Shown: positions 28,396 to 39,943 of the stretch, piece by piece
How the letters are laid out: each line of letters opens with the position of its first letter
Numbering within the stretch: position 1 is the stretch's first letter
DNA from: an uncultured candidatus Porisulfidus sp.
GTDB taxonomy: Bacteria > Pseudomonadota > Gammaproteobacteria > Poriferisulfidales > Poriferisulfidaceae
Assembly (NCBI GenBank): GCA_965116025.1
Contig: OZ220480.1
Location: 1,344,001 to 1,408,000, forward strand
Length of the DNA stretch: 64,000 bases
Direction: 5' to 3'
Notes under the pieces: model-generated
What the model was told of the DNA's origin: nothing
Databases searched by the model: none
What the model saw: only the letters and a program-made list of their open reading frames with translations
Program-made: the position numbers and the translations under genes

Positions 28396-29184
28396 TCAAA
28401 CGTCGAAGTCGGTCATGCCCACGGTGTTGTAGCCAGCATCGACATGGGTGATCTCGCCGGTGATGCCGCTGGCTATGTCTGAGCACAGAAAGGCGGCCGC
28501 ATGGCCGACATCCCGCTGGGTGACGTTTCTGCGAAGCGGCGCGTTCTTCGCCACATGGTCCAGCATCGTGCGGAAGTTTCCGATGCCCGCGGCGGCCAGA
28601 GTCTTGATAGGTCCGGCGGAAATCCCGTTGACCCGGATTTGCTCCGGCCCCATAGCGTAGGCGAGATAGCGCACGTTCGCCTCGAGACTGGCCTTGGCCA
28701 GCCCCATCACGTTGTAGTTCGGCATGCTGCGCGTCGCCCCGAGGTAGGTCAGCGCTAGAATGGCCGACGGATGTCCGCGCATCATCGGTCGAGCGGCTCG
28801 GGCTAAGGCGGTCAGGCTGTAGCTGCTGATGTCGTGCGCTGTGGCGAAAGCCTCGCGCGACGTGTTCTCGCAAAAATCCCCGTCTAGCGCCTCGCGGGGC
28901 GCGTAGGCGATGCTGTGCACCAGAATGTCAAGTTCGGGCCAACGTTCTCCCAGCCGCGCGAAGGTCTCCTCCACTTGGTCCTTCTCGGCCACGTCGCAGG
29001 GCAGGGTCATCGCGTCGCCGCAGATCTCGGCAAGCCGGTCGATCCGAGATTTCAGCTTCTCGTTCTGGTAGGTCAACGCCAGATCCGCTCCCTGTTCGCG
29101 CATGCATTCGGCGATGCCCCACGCGATGGAGCGATCGCTCGCGACCCCGGTGATGAGCGCTTTCTTGCCGTCCAGGAATCCCAT
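28396..29184 (-). CDS. fabI: Enoyl-ACP reductase (NADH)
   Basis: MGFLDGKKALITG..SDRSIAWG, YNVMGLAKASLE, SAGPIKTLAA; real start ATG 29184. Confidence 0.97.
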   Translation of the reverse strand: MGFLDGKKALITGVASDRSIAWGIAECMREQGADLALTYQNEKLKSRIDRLAEICGDAMTLPCDVAEKDQVEETFARLGERWPELDILVHSIAYAPREALDGDFCENTSREAFATAHDISSYSLTALARAARPMMRGHPSAILALTYLGATRSMPNYNVMGLAKASLEANVRYLAYAMGPEQIRVNGISAGPIKTLAAAGIGNFRTMLDHVAKNAPLRRNVTQRDVGHAAAFLCSDIASGITGEITHVDAGYNTVGMTDFDV

Positions 29185-29217
29185 GATTTCAGTATTCGCC
29201 ACCTTGGCGGGTATAGA

Positions 29218-31410
29218 ATGAACGAAAGCCATTTTATAACGAACCCGACCCCCGTGCGTTTCCTCCGCCGCTGTGGCCCATCCTTTCGATGGGGGAGCGT
29301 GGCCGCGCTCGTTTTGCTGACGGGTTGCGGAGAGACCTGGAACGATCCTCGCGGAGAGGACCGAAAATCCGGGTCCGTGCTGTATTCCTCGTTCAGTGAC
29401 CGGCCCCAGTTTTTGGATCCGGCCCGCTCTTACACTTCGACTTCGTACGGCTTCATTCAGCAGATCTACGAGCCGCCGATGGCCTACCATTACTTGAAGC
29501 GGCCCTACGAGTTGGTCGCCCTGTCCGCGGAGCGCATGCCGGAGGTTCGGTTTTTGGATGAGCGCGGTGCCGAGCTGCCGCTTGGAGTTTCGGCCCAAGA
29601 CGTGGCGTACACCGAATACTTGATTGATGTCAAGCCGGGCATCCGCTATCAACCGCACCCAGCGCTGGCGCGTCGGGAGGACGGGAGCTACCGTTACCAC
29701 GACCTGACGGAAGCGGACCTCGAATCGATCAACGCGCTCGCGGATTTCCCGCATGTCGGGAGCCGCGAGCTTGTGGCCGAGGATTTCGTCTACCAGATCA
29801 AGCGATTGGCTGATCCTCGCCGACACTGCCCGATCGCCGGGATTATCGCCGAGTACATTGAGGGTTTCGCCGAGTTTCGAGCGCGGATCCAGGACGCGCC
29901 GGATACCCCCATGGACTTGCGCGGCCTGTCGATGTCTGGCGTGGAATCCCTGTCGCGGTACCGCTATCGGATTCGCCTGAAAGGCACCTATCCCCAGTTC
30001 ATTTACTGGCTGGCCATGCCGTTCTTCTCGCCGATGCCGTGGGAGGCGGACGTGTTCCATGAGCGGCCCGGCATGGCGCGGCGCAACCTGACTCTGCATT
30101 GGTACCCGATCGGCACCGGTCCCTACATGCTGACCGAGAACAACCCGAACCTGCGGATGGTGCTGGAGCGCAATCCGAATTTCCGAGGACAGCCGTATCC
30201 GAGCGAGGGAGAGCCAGGAGACGAGGAGAAGGGATTCCTGGAAGATCAAGGGCGCGTCATGCCATTCATAGACCGGGCGGTGTTCAGTCTGGAGAAGGAG
30301 AGCATTCCGCGCTGGAGCAAGTTCCTGCAAGGTTACTATGACATTTCCGGGATTGGATCGGACAGCTTCGATCAGGCCATCGAATATGGCGGTGGTGGGG
30401 AGGTGGGGCTGACCGACGAGATGGAGGAGAAAGGGATCCAGCTGCGCACGGCGGTCGATCTCACCGTGTTCTACATGGGCTTCAACATGCTGGACCCGGT
30501 GGTGGGAGGGTACGGCGAGCGAAATCGGTTGCTGCGCCGGGCGATATCCATCGCGGTGGACTATGAGGAGCACGTCTCGATTTTCAGTAACGGGCGCGGG
30601 ATCCCGGGGCAAGGGCCGTTGCCGCCGCAGATCTTCGGAGTTCGCGAGGGCGAGGCCGGAATCAACCCCTATGTGTATCGCTGGGAAGACGGCAGGGCGG
30701 TCCGGCGTGGTATCGAGGAGGCGCGAGAGCTGATGCGGCGAGCGGGTTACCAAGACGGCATCGACCAAGAGACGGGCAAGCCGCTGGTGCTGTATTTCGA
30801 GGCGGTTGGCGCTGGGCCGGACACCAAGGCATCGCTGAACTGGCTACGCAAGCAATTCGCCAAGATCGATATCCAACTGGTGATCCGCGCTACGGACTAC
30901 AACCGCTTTCGGGCGAAGATGCGCAAGGGGACCGGGCAGATATTCCAGTGGGGCTGGCACGCGGACTACCCGGATCCGGAGAATTTCCTGTTCTTGCTGT
31001 ACGGACCCAATTCCCAGGTGGATTCCAACGGTCCGAACTCCGCGAACTACAAGAATCCAGAATACGACGCGCTGTTCTCGCGAATGAAGAACATTCCGAA
31101 TGGCGAGCGGCGCCAGCGAATCATCGACCAGATGCTGGAAATTCTCCGCCGTGACGCTCCTTGGTCCTGGGGCTTTCATCCGGTCAGCTACATCCTGTCG
31201 CATCAGTGGGTGCATAACAACAAGCCGACGACCATGTCCTACAACACGCTCAAGTATCGGCGCATTGATGCTGACGCGCGCGAGGAGGCGGTCCAGAGAT
31301 GGAACCGCCCGACGGTCTGGCCGCTTTGGGCGGGACTAGCGGCGCTGACGCTCTTGGTTTTGCCTGCCTTGATCGGATTCTTCCGCCGCGAGCGGGAGCG
31401 CGGCCGATGA
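29218..31410 (+). CDS. Peptide/nickel ABC transporter substrate-binding lipoprotein (family 5)
   Basis: Lipobox LLTGC, LDPARSY, PIGTGPY, GWHADYPDPENF; C-terminal TM helix. Start uncertain. Confidence 0.88.
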   Translation: MNESHFITNPTPVRFLRRCGPSFRWGSVAALVLLTGCGETWNDPRGEDRKSGSVLYSSFSDRPQFLDPARSYTSTSYGFIQQIYEPPMAYHYLKRPYELVALSAERMPEVRFLDERGAELPLGVSAQDVAYTEYLIDVKPGIRYQPHPALARREDGSYRYHDLTEADLESINALADFPHVGSRELVAEDFVYQIKRLADPRRHCPIAGIIAEYIEGFAEFRARIQDAPDTPMDLRGLSMSGVESLSRYRYRIRLKGTYPQFIYWLAMPFFSPMPWEADVFHERPGMARRNLTLHWYPIGTGPYMLTENNPNLRMVLERNPNFRGQPYPSEGEPGDEEKGFLEDQGRVMPFIDRAVFSLEKESIPRWSKFLQGYYDISGIGSDSFDQAIEYGGGGEVGLTDEMEEKGIQLRTAVDLTVFYMGFNMLDPVVGGYGERNRLLRRAISIAVDYEEHVSIFSNGRGIPGQGPLPPQIFGVREGEAGINPYVYRWEDGRAVRRGIEEARELMRRAGYQDGIDQETGKPLVLYFEAVGAGPDTKASLNWLRKQFAKIDIQLVIRATDYNRFRAKMRKGTGQIFQWGWHADYPDPENFLFLLYGPNSQVDSNGPNSANYKNPEYDALFSRMKNIPNGERRQRIIDQMLEILRRDAPWSWGFHPVSYILSHQWVHNNKPTTMSYNTLKYRRIDADAREEAVQRWNRPTVWPLWAGLAALTLLVLPALIGFFRRERERGR

Positions 31411-32384
31411 TCGCTTATATCGTTCGCCGGGCGCTGTACGCGATCCCGATCCTGATTGGGGTTAACCTGCTGACGTTCATGCTGTTCTTCGTGGTCAACT
31501 CCCCGGACGAGGTGGCCCGACTGCACCTGGGCGATAAGTACACCACGCAAGAACAGGTGGAGGCGTGGAAGCGCGACCACGGCTACGACCGACCGCTTCT
31601 TTACAATTCCGAAGCGGCCGGGCTGGAGCGACTGACGGACACGATTTTCTATACCAAATCGGCGCGTTTGTTCGTATTCGACTTCGGCAATTCTGACAGC
31701 GGACGAAACATCGGCCACGACATCCGCCAGCGCATGTGGCCGAGTCTGGCGATCGCGGTGCCAAGCCTGCTGCTCGGTCTATTCCTGAACACCACGCTGG
31801 CATTGATGCTGGCGTTCTTTCGAGCGTCCTATCTGGACGTGGGCGGGGTGGTGGTCTGCGTCGTCCTGATGTCGATCTCCAGCCTGTTCTATATTATTGG
31901 TGGGCAGTATCTGGTTGGCAAGCTGTTGCAGCTGGTTCCCATCTCTGGCTACGACACCGGGTTCGAAGCTACAAAGTTCTTGATCCTCCCGGTCATCATC
32001 AGCGTCATCTACGGGATTGGGTCCGGTACTCGCTGGTATCGGACCTTATTTCTGGAGGAGATATCCAAGGATTACGTTCGAACCGCGCGCGCTAAGGGCC
32101 TGTCCGAGCAATGGGTACTGTTCCGGCATGTCCTACGCAACGCCCTGATCCCGATCTTGACCGGGGTGGTAGTGATTCTGCCGTTGCTGTTCATGGGCAG
32201 TCTCATCACGGAGTCATTCTTTGGTATTCCCGGGCTCGGTAGCTACACCATCGACGCGATTCAGCGGCAGGATTTCTCGATCGTGCGAGCGATGGTGTTC
32301 CTCGGCACGGTGCTCTACATCCTGGGCTTGCTGCTGACCGACATTTCCTACACTCTCGCGGATCCCCGCATCCGGTTACGCTGA
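31407..32384 (+). CDS. Peptide ABC transporter permease (OppB/DppB-like)
   Basis: MIAYIVRR start (ATGA overlap), DYVRTARAKGL, DPRIR. Confidence 0.92.
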   Translation: MIAYIVRRALYAIPILIGVNLLTFMLFFVVNSPDEVARLHLGDKYTTQEQVEAWKRDHGYDRPLLYNSEAAGLERLTDTIFYTKSARLFVFDFGNSDSGRNIGHDIRQRMWPSLAIAVPSLLLGLFLNTTLALMLAFFRASYLDVGGVVVCVVLMSISSLFYIIGGQYLVGKLLQLVPISGYDTGFEATKFLILPVIISVIYGIGSGTRWYRTLFLEEISKDYVRTARAKGLSEQWVLFRHVLRNALIPILTGVVVILPLLFMGSLITESFFGIPGLGSYTIDAIQRQDFSIVRAMVFLGTVLYILGLLLTDISYTLADPRIRLR

Positions 32385-32386
32385 TC

Positions 32387-33757
32387 ATGTGGGTCGTTCT
32401 GCTGACCGATTTCTTTCTGTACCTGTTGCTGGCGGGCGTGGGGCTGTATGTCGGCTTCGTCCTGCGCACGCCGCATCTGCGGCAGGCTTGGCGATCCGTC
32501 ATGACTCGGCGCGGCGGCGCGGTGTCGGCGGTGGCGCTGGGTTTCTTCGCGGCTATCGCGATTCTGGATTCGGTGCACTTCCATCCGCGTCTGGAAAGGC
32601 CAGGTGATCAAGTGGAGTACTCGAACGAGATTATAAGCGTGTTCGATATCTTGGCCGGTCCTCTCCGGACCCAGGTTGAGCGGACTTACTCCGCGCCGTT
32701 CGCGTATCGCGCGCATAGCAAGGAGACTCGGGAGACGCCGCGAGGGCGGGAGCGGGTCTACCCTCGCCTAGACTACGGGGGAGCCCATCTGAAGAATCCA
32801 GAGCGGGAGCGTGGCTGGGATATCGCCATTCGGGTGGCGCGCGGAGTCTTGATCGGGGCCGGGTTGTGGGGAGCGCTGGCGCTCGGCGCCTGGGGGATCC
32901 GCCGATGGTGGGGTGGATCGGCCCGACCTGCCGAAGGGCCGCCGATCCCGTGGCGGGCCGTGTCGATTACCGCTCTGCTGATCTTGATCTTGATCGGAGT
33001 CACCACGCAATTAGCTGGGGCCTATCACGTGTTCGGCACCGACAAGGTCGGAGAGGACGTGCTCTACCAGACCCTCAAGAGCGTTCGCACCGGAGTGCTG
33101 ATCGGCACCCTCACGACCCTGATCATGCTTCCATTCGCGATCGCGCTCGGTATCATGGCGGGCTATTACCGGGGATGGGTGGATGATGTCATCCAGTACA
33201 TTTACATCACGCTGAACTCGATTCCCGGCGTATTGCTAATCGCCGCGGCGATTCTGTCCCTGCACGTCTATCTGAACGCGCATGCCGACGAATACGCGAG
33301 TCTGGCGGAGCGCGCGGACCTGCGGTTGCTTTTTCTGTGCATGATCTTGGGGCTGACTAGCTGGACCGGGCTTTGCCGGTTGCTACGAGGAGAGGCGTTG
33401 AAGTTACGGGAGCACGAGTACATCCAGGCGGCGGTCGCGTTCGGGGTGTCGGGGCCGCGTATCCTTTTGCGGCATATCCTTCCGAACGTTATGCACATCG
33501 TGTTGATCACGGTCGTGCTGGACTTCAGCGGCCTAGTGCTGGCTGAAGCGGTGCTGTCGTACGTCGACATAGGGGTCGATCCCTCTATGAATAGCTGGGG
33601 GAACATGATCAACAGCGCGCGCCTCGAGATGGCTCGCGAGCCGCCGGTGTGGTGGTCGCTGACCGCCTCGTTCGTGTTCATGTTCGCTCTGGTGCTGTTC
33701 GCGAACTTGCTGTCGGACGCGGTGCGTGACGCGTTTGATCCGAGGGTAGGGCGGTGA
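32387..33757 (+). CDS. Peptide ABC transporter permease (OppC/DppC-like)
   Basis: HVFGTDKVGEDV, EYIQAA...G, RDAFDPR. Confidence 0.92.
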   Translation: MWVVLLTDFFLYLLLAGVGLYVGFVLRTPHLRQAWRSVMTRRGGAVSAVALGFFAAIAILDSVHFHPRLERPGDQVEYSNEIISVFDILAGPLRTQVERTYSAPFAYRAHSKETRETPRGRERVYPRLDYGGAHLKNPERERGWDIAIRVARGVLIGAGLWGALALGAWGIRRWWGGSARPAEGPPIPWRAVSITALLILILIGVTTQLAGAYHVFGTDKVGEDVLYQTLKSVRTGVLIGTLTTLIMLPFAIALGIMAGYYRGWVDDVIQYIYITLNSIPGVLLIAAAILSLHVYLNAHADEYASLAERADLRLLFLCMILGLTSWTGLCRLLRGEALKLREHEYIQAAVAFGVSGPRILLRHILPNVMHIVLITVVLDFSGLVLAEAVLSYVDIGVDPSMNSWGNMINSARLEMAREPPVWWSLTASFVFMFALVLFANLLSDAVRDAFDPRVGR

Positions 33758-35403
33758 GCGCACTCTTGGAGGTTCAGGGGCTTCGGGTCGCGTTCGGTTC
33801 CGGTCGAGACCGGGAGATCGCGGTCAAGGAGATTGGCTTCACCATCCCGAAGCGGGGAACGTTCGCGTTGCTCGGGGAGTCCGGTAGCGGCAAGTCAGTC
33901 ACCGCGCTGAGCGTGATGCGGCTTCTTCCAGAGACGGCCCGCGTCGAGGCTGGATCAATCCAGTTGAATGGGCGGGACTTGCTGGATCTTCCGGAAGCGC
34001 GGATGCGGGAAATTCGTGGCGGTACGGTCGGAATGATCTTTCAGGAGCCGATGATGTCCCTCAATCCGGTCATGACGGTGGGTCAGCAGATCCGTGAGCC
34101 ATTGCGCAGACATCGCCGAATGTCGAGAAAAGCCGGAATGGCGCGAGCGCTGGAGCTGCTCGACGCGGTGCGCGTCCCGGAGCCACGCCGGCGGCTGGAC
34201 GAGTATCCACATCAGCTGTCGGGCGGCATGAAGCAACGCGTGATGATCGCTGGGGCGTTGGCGGCGGAGCCTGACCTACTGATCGCGGACGAGCCGACCA
34301 CCGCGCTGGACGTCACGATCCAAGCGCAGGTTCTGGAGTTGCTACGCGACCTGCAACGAGATCTGGGCATGGCGATGTTGTTCATCACGCACGATCTGGC
34401 GGTCGCGAAAAGCATGGCGGACGCGGTCGCCATCATGCGACACGGAAAGATCGTGGAGACCGGACCCGCGGGAGAGTTTTTCGACAACCCCCAGCATGAG
34501 TACAGCCGAAACCTGTTCGCGGCGCTACCGGATATCTCCAAGCGAGGGCTTCGGCTTCATGGCGAAAAGTCCGAAGAGGCTAAAGATCCGATCAAGTCCG
34601 GGCCGACGGCGGATGCGGAGCCTTTGCTTGAGGTCGAGGATTTGCGGATACATTTTCCGATCCGTCGTGGCGTGTTCCGGCGAGTCGTTGGTAACGTCCA
34701 GGCGGTGGACGGCCTGTCTTTCACGATGCGCGAGGGAGAGACCTTCGCTCTGGTCGGTGAGTCCGGTTGCGGAAAGACGACTACCGGCAAGGGCCTGATC
34801 CGCCTGTTGCCCGTCACGCGGGGGAAAGTGCGCTATCGTGGGCGGGATCTGGTCCGCCTTGCCGGGCGCGAGATGGCCCCGTTCCGCTCGGAGCTGCAGA
34901 TCGTCTTCCAAGACCCGTTCTCGTCTCTCAATCCCCGGATGGTGATTGGCGATATCATCGCCGAGGGTATGCGGGTTCTGGACGTGGCGCGGGAGGTTGG
35001 CGAGCGGCGGGACAGGGTCGAGGAGTTGATGCGGCAGGTGGGACTCGAGCCTCGCCACCGGAATCGATATCCCCACGAATTCTCGGGCGGTCAGCGTCAG
35101 CGCATAGCGATCGCCCGCGCGTTGGCGGTCAATCCGAAACTAATTGTGTGCGACGAGCCAACCAGCGCGCTGGACGTCACCATCCAGGCGCAGATCCTGA
35201 ACCTGCTACGCGACCTTCAGGAAGAGCGTGGTCTGGCTTATTTGTTCATCACGCACAACATCGCGGTGGTGTCCTGGATGGCGCACCGCATGGCGGTCAT
35301 GCGTGAGGGACAGATCGTGGAGCAGGGCGACACGGTCGAGATTTTGCGGAACCCCCAGCACGAATATACGCGCGCGTTGCTGTCGGCGGTGCCTCGGCTG
35401 TAG
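33754..35403 (+). CDS. Fused dual-domain peptide ABC transporter ATP-binding protein
   Basis: Two GESG.GK Walker A motifs, LSGGMKQR and [12 protein letters not shown] motifs. Confidence 0.94.
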   Translation: MSALLEVQGLRVAFGSGRDREIAVKEIGFTIPKRGTFALLGESGSGKSVTALSVMRLLPETARVEAGSIQLNGRDLLDLPEARMREIRGGTVGMIFQEPMMSLNPVMTVGQQIREPLRRHRRMSRKAGMARALELLDAVRVPEPRRRLDEYPHQLSGGMKQRVMIAGALAAEPDLLIADEPTTALDVTIQAQVLELLRDLQRDLGMAMLFITHDLAVAKSMADAVAIMRHGKIVETGPAGEFFDNPQHEYSRNLFAALPDISKRGLRLHGEKSEEAKDPIKSGPTADAEPLLEVEDLRIHFPIRRGVFRRVVGNVQAVDGLSFTMREGETFALVGESGCGKTTTGKGLIRLLPVTRGKVRYRGRDLVRLAGREMAPFRSELQIVFQDPFSSLNPRMVIGDIIAEGMRVLDVAREVGERRDRVEELMRQVGLEPRHRNRYPHEFSGGQRQRIAIARALAVNPKLIVCDEPTSALDVTIQAQILNLLRDLQEERGLAYLFITHNIAVVSWMAHRMAVMREGQIVEQGDTVEILRNPQHEYTRALLSAVPRL

Positions 35404-35751
35404 TTTTCGGGTCTTGGCAGACGCGAATTCGCAGTTAATTGTGGTCGCATCTATATGGGCTTTATTCTGGCGATTGACGGTGCGGAACTGCAGAACCCGG
35501 AAATAGCGGCAACTCGCAGCACCCCATAGCGCACTGTGGCGGATGCCAAGTTGTACGCTCTCGTTGGGGGGACTCATCCTACCCCTCGAAAAATCAGCGC
35601 GCAGAAATGCTGCTATTCCCGGAATCACTGCCATCAACAGCAGAAGCCAGCCGAGCCCATGGTCGTGAACGCCTCCGGTATCATGCCCATAGGCGGGCAG
35701 GGCGGCCGACAATGCGAATAATACGCTCGTGATTCGATTGAAAAGTCGCAT
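35206..35751 (-). CDS. Hypothetical exported/membrane His-containing protein downstream of ureG (3' part doubtful)
   Basis: Strong GGAGG RBS; signal peptide ...LPAYG|HDTGGVHDHG then one TM helix; the remainder reads into the convergent ABC gene. Confidence 0.35.
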   Translation of the reverse strand: MRLFNRITSVLFALSAALPAYGHDTGGVHDHGLGWLLLLMAVIPGIAAFLRADFSRGRMSPPNESVQLGIRHSALWGAASCRYFRVLQFRTVNRQNKAHIDATTINCEFASAKTRKLQPRHRRQQRARIFVLGVPQNLDRVALLHDLSLTHDRHAVRHPGHHRDVVRDEQISQTTLFLKVA

Positions 35752-35800
35752 GAGTTCCTCCGTATGGTTCGAAATTCAGTAGAGTCCGGCCCGCTCTCGA

Positions 35801-36421
35801 TCAGTCTCCGTCCGGATCGTCAAGCCCGCCAGCGGTCAGCACGAAATCGACGATTTCGGCAACTCCCTCTTGGGCCTTCAGGTTGCTGAATAGGAATGGC
35901 CGGGTTCCGCGCATGCGCCGGGAGTCTCGCTCCATTACCTCAAGACTCGCGCCGACCAGCGGAGCCAGATCGGTTTTATTGATTACTAGGAGATCGGAGC
36001 GCGTGATGCCGGGGCCACCCTTGCGCGGGATCTTGTCGCCGGCGGAGACATCTATCACGTAGATAGTGATATCGGCGAGTTCTGGGGAGAACGTGGCGGC
36101 GAGATTGTCGCCACCGGACTCGATCAGCACGATGTCCAGATCTGGAAAGCGCGTCACCATGTCGCCGATGGCTGCCAGGTTGATCGAGGCATCTTCACGG
36201 ATCGCCGTGTGCGGGCAACCGCCGGTTTCGACTCCGCGGATCCGCTCTGAGTCCAGCGCGCCGGAGCGGATCAAGAAACGCGCGTCCTCCTCGGTGTAGA
36301 TGTCGTTGGTGATGGCCGCGATTTCATGACTCTCGCGCAACCGCTTGCACAAGGCATCCATCAACGCGGTCTTTCCGGTGCCGACCGGGCCGCCAATACC
36401 GACGCGAAAGGGCTTGCTCAT
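35801..36421 (-). CDS. ureG: Urease accessory GTPase UreG
   Basis: [27 protein letters not shown]. Confidence 0.97.
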   Translation of the reverse strand: MSKPFRVGIGGPVGTGKTALMDALCKRLRESHEIAAITNDIYTEEDARFLIRSGALDSERIRGVETGGCPHTAIREDASINLAAIGDMVTRFPDLDIVLIESGGDNLAATFSPELADITIYVIDVSAGDKIPRKGGPGITRSDLLVINKTDLAPLVGASLEVMERDSRRMRGTRPFLFSNLKAQEGVAEIVDFVLTAGGLDDPDGD

Positions 36422-37146
36422 GATCGGAACAGTCGAGTGTACTGGGTTTCATGGCGGGAGGAGGTCCAGTCCACCATCAGGGCGGCCTGGCCGATGTCTT
36501 CACGGTCTCTGCGCATGGCTTCTTCGGCCGCCCGCAGTATGACTGGCTCCAATTCGGCCAGCGCTCGCTGCCCGTCGCTCTGTCCGAGGGGGATCAGCCG
36601 GATGCCGGCGGACACCAGATTCGCGGCCATCGCGTGAAGGTAGGAGGTCAGCGCGGGTTTCAGCGGAATGTCATGCGCCGCCGTAGTAGCCCCGACCGCG
36701 ACCGGATAGACCATCGGGCGTTGACGCTCCGCAGCTTTCTCGCGGGCCCAGTCGAGCGCGTCGGCTGGCCATGGCTGAGCGGCGGCGGTTAGGAATGCTT
36801 GGCCCTGATGCTCGGTTTCCTCGCCGATCTCTCGGGTCGCTCGCATAGCATCGCCGCGCTCCAGAGCCCAGAGGAACAGATGCTCGTCACGTTTTTGGAC
36901 CGCTTCGTGCGCGGCTCGGTACAAATCCGCGTCGACGCGTCCGCTACCGGTCTCGATGATCTCGGAAACCCAATCACGTAGCGTGTCTCGGTCATGTACC
37001 AGGCCAGCTTCCACGGCATGCTCGATGCCGTGGGAGTAGCTGTAGGCGCCGATCGGGAAGGATGGCGACATCCAGTTCATTAGGCGGATCAGTCGAGCGT
37101 CCTCGACCGGAAACTCTCGGAATTTCATGCATTCGCTAATGTTCAT
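36418..37146 (-). CDS. ureF: Urease accessory protein UreF
   Basis: [34 protein letters not shown]. Start uncertain (37146 or 37128). Confidence 0.94.
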   Translation of the reverse strand: MNISECMKFREFPVEDARLIRLMNWMSPSFPIGAYSYSHGIEHAVEAGLVHDRDTLRDWVSEIIETGSGRVDADLYRAAHEAVQKRDEHLFLWALERGDAMRATREIGEETEHQGQAFLTAAAQPWPADALDWAREKAAERQRPMVYPVAVGATTAAHDIPLKPALTSYLHAMAANLVSAGIRLIPLGQSDGQRALAELEPVILRAAEEAMRRDREDIGQAALMVDWTSSRHETQYTRLFRS

Positions 37147-37600
37147 GTCGTCCGTCGCCGCGCGCGGCGTAGGCTCCAGGCTCTGGGGAGAATGGCGCTT
37201 GGCGTGGCTGGATCTGGGCGCCCAGTCGCCGGGCCATCTCGACGATGACGTGATCATTCCGGATTCGCAGCGCGCCGTCCGGTAGCGTTTGGATCGGGAT
37301 ATGGCGGTTTCCGATATGCCAAGCGACCTGGGCCGTTTCGGAGACGGTCGGGCAACTCAGGTCTACGACCGATTCCGCCGCCGCCACGACGCGCACGTAT
37401 CCACCGTTCTCCAGTTCCAAGCCGTCGCCTTCGTCGAGGCGGGCCGCATGGGGCAAATCCAAAAGAAACGGCTCTCCCGAATCCGCTACGAGCCGGATCC
37501 GGCGGCGGTGCCGCCCGTCGTAATCCAGGGTGACCGTAGCGCGTTCCCGCTCGGCGGGCCACTCGTTCGCCAAGGAGACGGTCGTTGCTCGTCCCAGCAT
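37136..37600 (-). CDS. ureE: Urease accessory nickel chaperone UreE
   Basis: R.RRRIRL, AWHIGNRH, PFSPEPGAY; start ATG 37600 overlapping the ureC stop. Confidence 0.93.
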   Translation of the reverse strand: MLGRATTVSLANEWPAERERATVTLDYDGRHRRRIRLVADSGEPFLLDLPHAARLDEGDGLELENGGYVRVVAAAESVVDLSCPTVSETAQVAWHIGNRHIPIQTLPDGALRIRNDHVIVEMARRLGAQIQPRQAPFSPEPGAYAARGDGRHEH

Positions 37601-39309
37601 CAGAACAGGAAATAGCGTTGCGCCATCGGTAACTCGCTCGCTGGCTCGCAGGTCAGTAGATCGCCGTCGGCGCGCACCTCGTACGTCTCCGGGTCCACCT
37701 CCATCTGAGGCATCGCGTCGTTTAGGATCATGTCCGCCTTGGAGACTCGGCGGGTGCCGGATACGGGCAATAGGGATTTCGACAGACCCAACTGATCTTT
37801 CAGTCCCGCGTCCGCTCCCGCCCGGGACACGAACGTGACCGCGCTTTCGGTCATTGAGCGCCCGAAGTTTCCGAACATGGGCCGGTAGCGGACTGGCTGG
37901 GGAGTGGGGATGGAGGCGTTCGGGTCGCCCATCGCGGCGGCGGCGATCGTGCCGCATTTGAGAACTAAATCGGGCTTTACTCCGAAGAACATCGGCTTCC
38001 ACAGTACCAGGTCCGCCAGCTTTCCGACCTCGACGGATCCGACATGCTCCGCGACCCCGTGGGTCAGCGCCGGGTTGATGGTGTATTTAGCGATATAGCG
38101 ACGGACCCGCAGGTTATCGTTGTCGCCGGTCTCCTCTGGAAGTCGCCCTCGTTGCTTTTTCATCTTGTCGGCCGTCTGCCACGTGCGCAGGATGACCTCC
38201 CCGACCCGGCCCATCGCTTGGCTGTCGGAGGCGATCATCGAGAAGGCCCCGAGATCGTGCAGGATATCCTCGGCCGCGATGGTCTCGCGCCGGATACGGC
38301 TTTCCGCGAAGGCGATATCCTCCGGGATGCGGGGGTCTAGATGATGGCAGACCATCAGCATGTCGAGATGCTCGTCCACCGTATTGATGGTATACGGGCG
38401 GGTCGGGTTGGTGGAGGAGGGCAACACGTTGCGTTCCCCGCATAATTTGATGATGTCGGGCGCGTGGCCGCCGCCCGCGCCCTCGGTGTGGAAAGCGTGG
38501 ATCGCCCGTCCCTGAAACGCGGCCACGGTGTTCTCCACGAAACCGGATTCGTTCAGGGTGTCGGTATGGATCGCGACCTGCACGTCCATCTCGTCGGCGA
38601 CCGACAGGCAGTTGTCGATGGCGGCCGGGGTCGTGCCCCAGTCCTCATGCAGCTTGAGCCCGCAGGCGCCCGCCTCGATCTGCTCTCTCAGGGCAGGAGG
38701 CCGGGTGGCGTTGCCCTTGCCGAAAAACCCGAGATTCATCGGGAAGCCCTCGGCCGCTTGCAGCATGCGCGCGAGATGCCAGGGCCCGGGCGTGCAGGTG
38801 GTGGCGTTGGTGCCTTCGGCTGGACCGGTGCCTCCGCCGAGCATGGTGGTGACCCCGGAATACAGGGCCTCGTGGATCTGCTGAGGGCTGATCCAGTGGA
38901 TGTGCGCGTCGATTCCGCCGGCCGTCAGGATGCGGCCCTCGCCGGCGATCGCCTCGGTTCCGGGTCCGACCACGATGTCCACGCCCGGCTGCACGTCTGG
39001 ATTGCCTGCCTTGCCGATGCCCGCGACGCGTCCGTCCCGGATCCCGACGTCGGCCTTGACGATGCCCCAGTGGTCGACGATCAGGGCGTTGGTGATGACG
39101 GTATCGACCGCGCCGTTGGCGCGGCTGGCCTGGGACTGCCCCATGCCATCCCGGATCACCTTGCCGCCGCCGAACTTGACCTCCTCGCCATAGTGGGCGT
39201 GGTCCCGCTCCACCTCGATGAACAGGTCGGTGTCCGCCAGACGGACCCGGTCGCCGACGGTCGGCCCGAACATGGCCGCGTAGCTGGTCCGATCAATGCT
39301 GTAGGCCAT
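37600..39309 (-). CDS. ureC: Urease alpha subunit
   Basis: [31 protein letters not shown]. Confidence 0.99.
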   Translation of the reverse strand: MAYSIDRTSYAAMFGPTVGDRVRLADTDLFIEVERDHAHYGEEVKFGGGKVIRDGMGQSQASRANGAVDTVITNALIVDHWGIVKADVGIRDGRVAGIGKAGNPDVQPGVDIVVGPGTEAIAGEGRILTAGGIDAHIHWISPQQIHEALYSGVTTMLGGGTGPAEGTNATTCTPGPWHLARMLQAAEGFPMNLGFFGKGNATRPPALREQIEAGACGLKLHEDWGTTPAAIDNCLSVADEMDVQVAIHTDTLNESGFVENTVAAFQGRAIHAFHTEGAGGGHAPDIIKLCGERNVLPSSTNPTRPYTINTVDEHLDMLMVCHHLDPRIPEDIAFAESRIRRETIAAEDILHDLGAFSMIASDSQAMGRVGEVILRTWQTADKMKKQRGRLPEETGDNDNLRVRRYIAKYTINPALTHGVAEHVGSVEVGKLADLVLWKPMFFGVKPDLVLKCGTIAAAAMGDPNASIPTPQPVRYRPMFGNFGRSMTESAVTFVSRAGADAGLKDQLGLSKSLLPVSGTRRVSKADMILNDAMPQMEVDPETYEVRADGDLLTCEPASELPMAQRYFLF

Positions 39310-39312
39310 GGC

Positions 39313-39624
39313 TCAGTCTTCCAGCGGTCCGTTGACGGCTCCGTTGAAGCCGTAGACTCGTCGCTCGCCAGCGTACGGCGTTAGGGTCACCTCTCTGCGC
39401 TGTCCTGGCTCGAAGCGAACGGCCGTTCCGGCCGGGATGTCGAGGCGTCGCCCGCGCGCGGCCTCGCGGTCGAAATCGAGCGCCGCGTTGGCCTCGTGAA
39501 AATGGTAGTGGGAGCCGACCTGAATCGGCCGGTCGCCGGTATTGGCCACGATTAGGGTCACCGTGTCGCGACCCTCGTTGAGCGTCAGCTCGCCTTCGGT
39601 CGGGAGGATCTCTCCGGGAATCAT
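39313..39624 (-). CDS. ureB: Urease beta subunit
   Basis: [27 protein letters not shown]. Confidence 0.98.
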   Translation of the reverse strand: MIPGEILPTEGELTLNEGRDTVTLIVANTGDRPIQVGSHYHFHEANAALDFDREAARGRRLDIPAGTAVRFEPGQRREVTLTPYAGERRVYGFNGAVNGPLED

Positions 39625-39627
39625 GGA

Positions 39628-39930
39628 TCAGCGGATCGGGTCGTGGACGGTGACCAGTTTGGTCCCGTCGGGAAAGGTCGCCTCGACCTGGATGTCGCGG
39701 ATCATGTCCGCCACGCCGTCCATCACCTCGTCACGGCCGAGCACCGTGGCGCCATCGCGCATCAGTTCGGCGACGCCGCGTCCGTCTCGCGCGCCCTCGA
39801 CCACGAAGTCGCTGATCAGCGCCACCGCTTCCGGGTGATTGAGCTTGACTCCGCGCGCTCGCCTGCGGCGCGCCACTTCAGCGGCCATGGCGATGAGCAA
39901 CTTGTCTTTCTCGCGCGGCGTGAGATTCAT
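39628..39930 (-). CDS. ureA: Urease gamma subunit
   Basis: [25 protein letters not shown]. Confidence 0.98.
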   Translation of the reverse strand: MNLTPREKDKLLIAMAAEVARRRRARGVKLNHPEAVALISDFVVEGARDGRGVAELMRDGATVLGRDEVMDGVADMIRDIQVEATFPDGTKLVTVHDPIR

Positions 39931-39943
39931 GGCGCCTCCCCTG

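Noticed and set aside
28396-30768. 790-aa ORF suggesting a FabI fusion
   Set aside because: Only the last 262 aa are FabI; the rest is antisense to the ABC substrate-binding gene.
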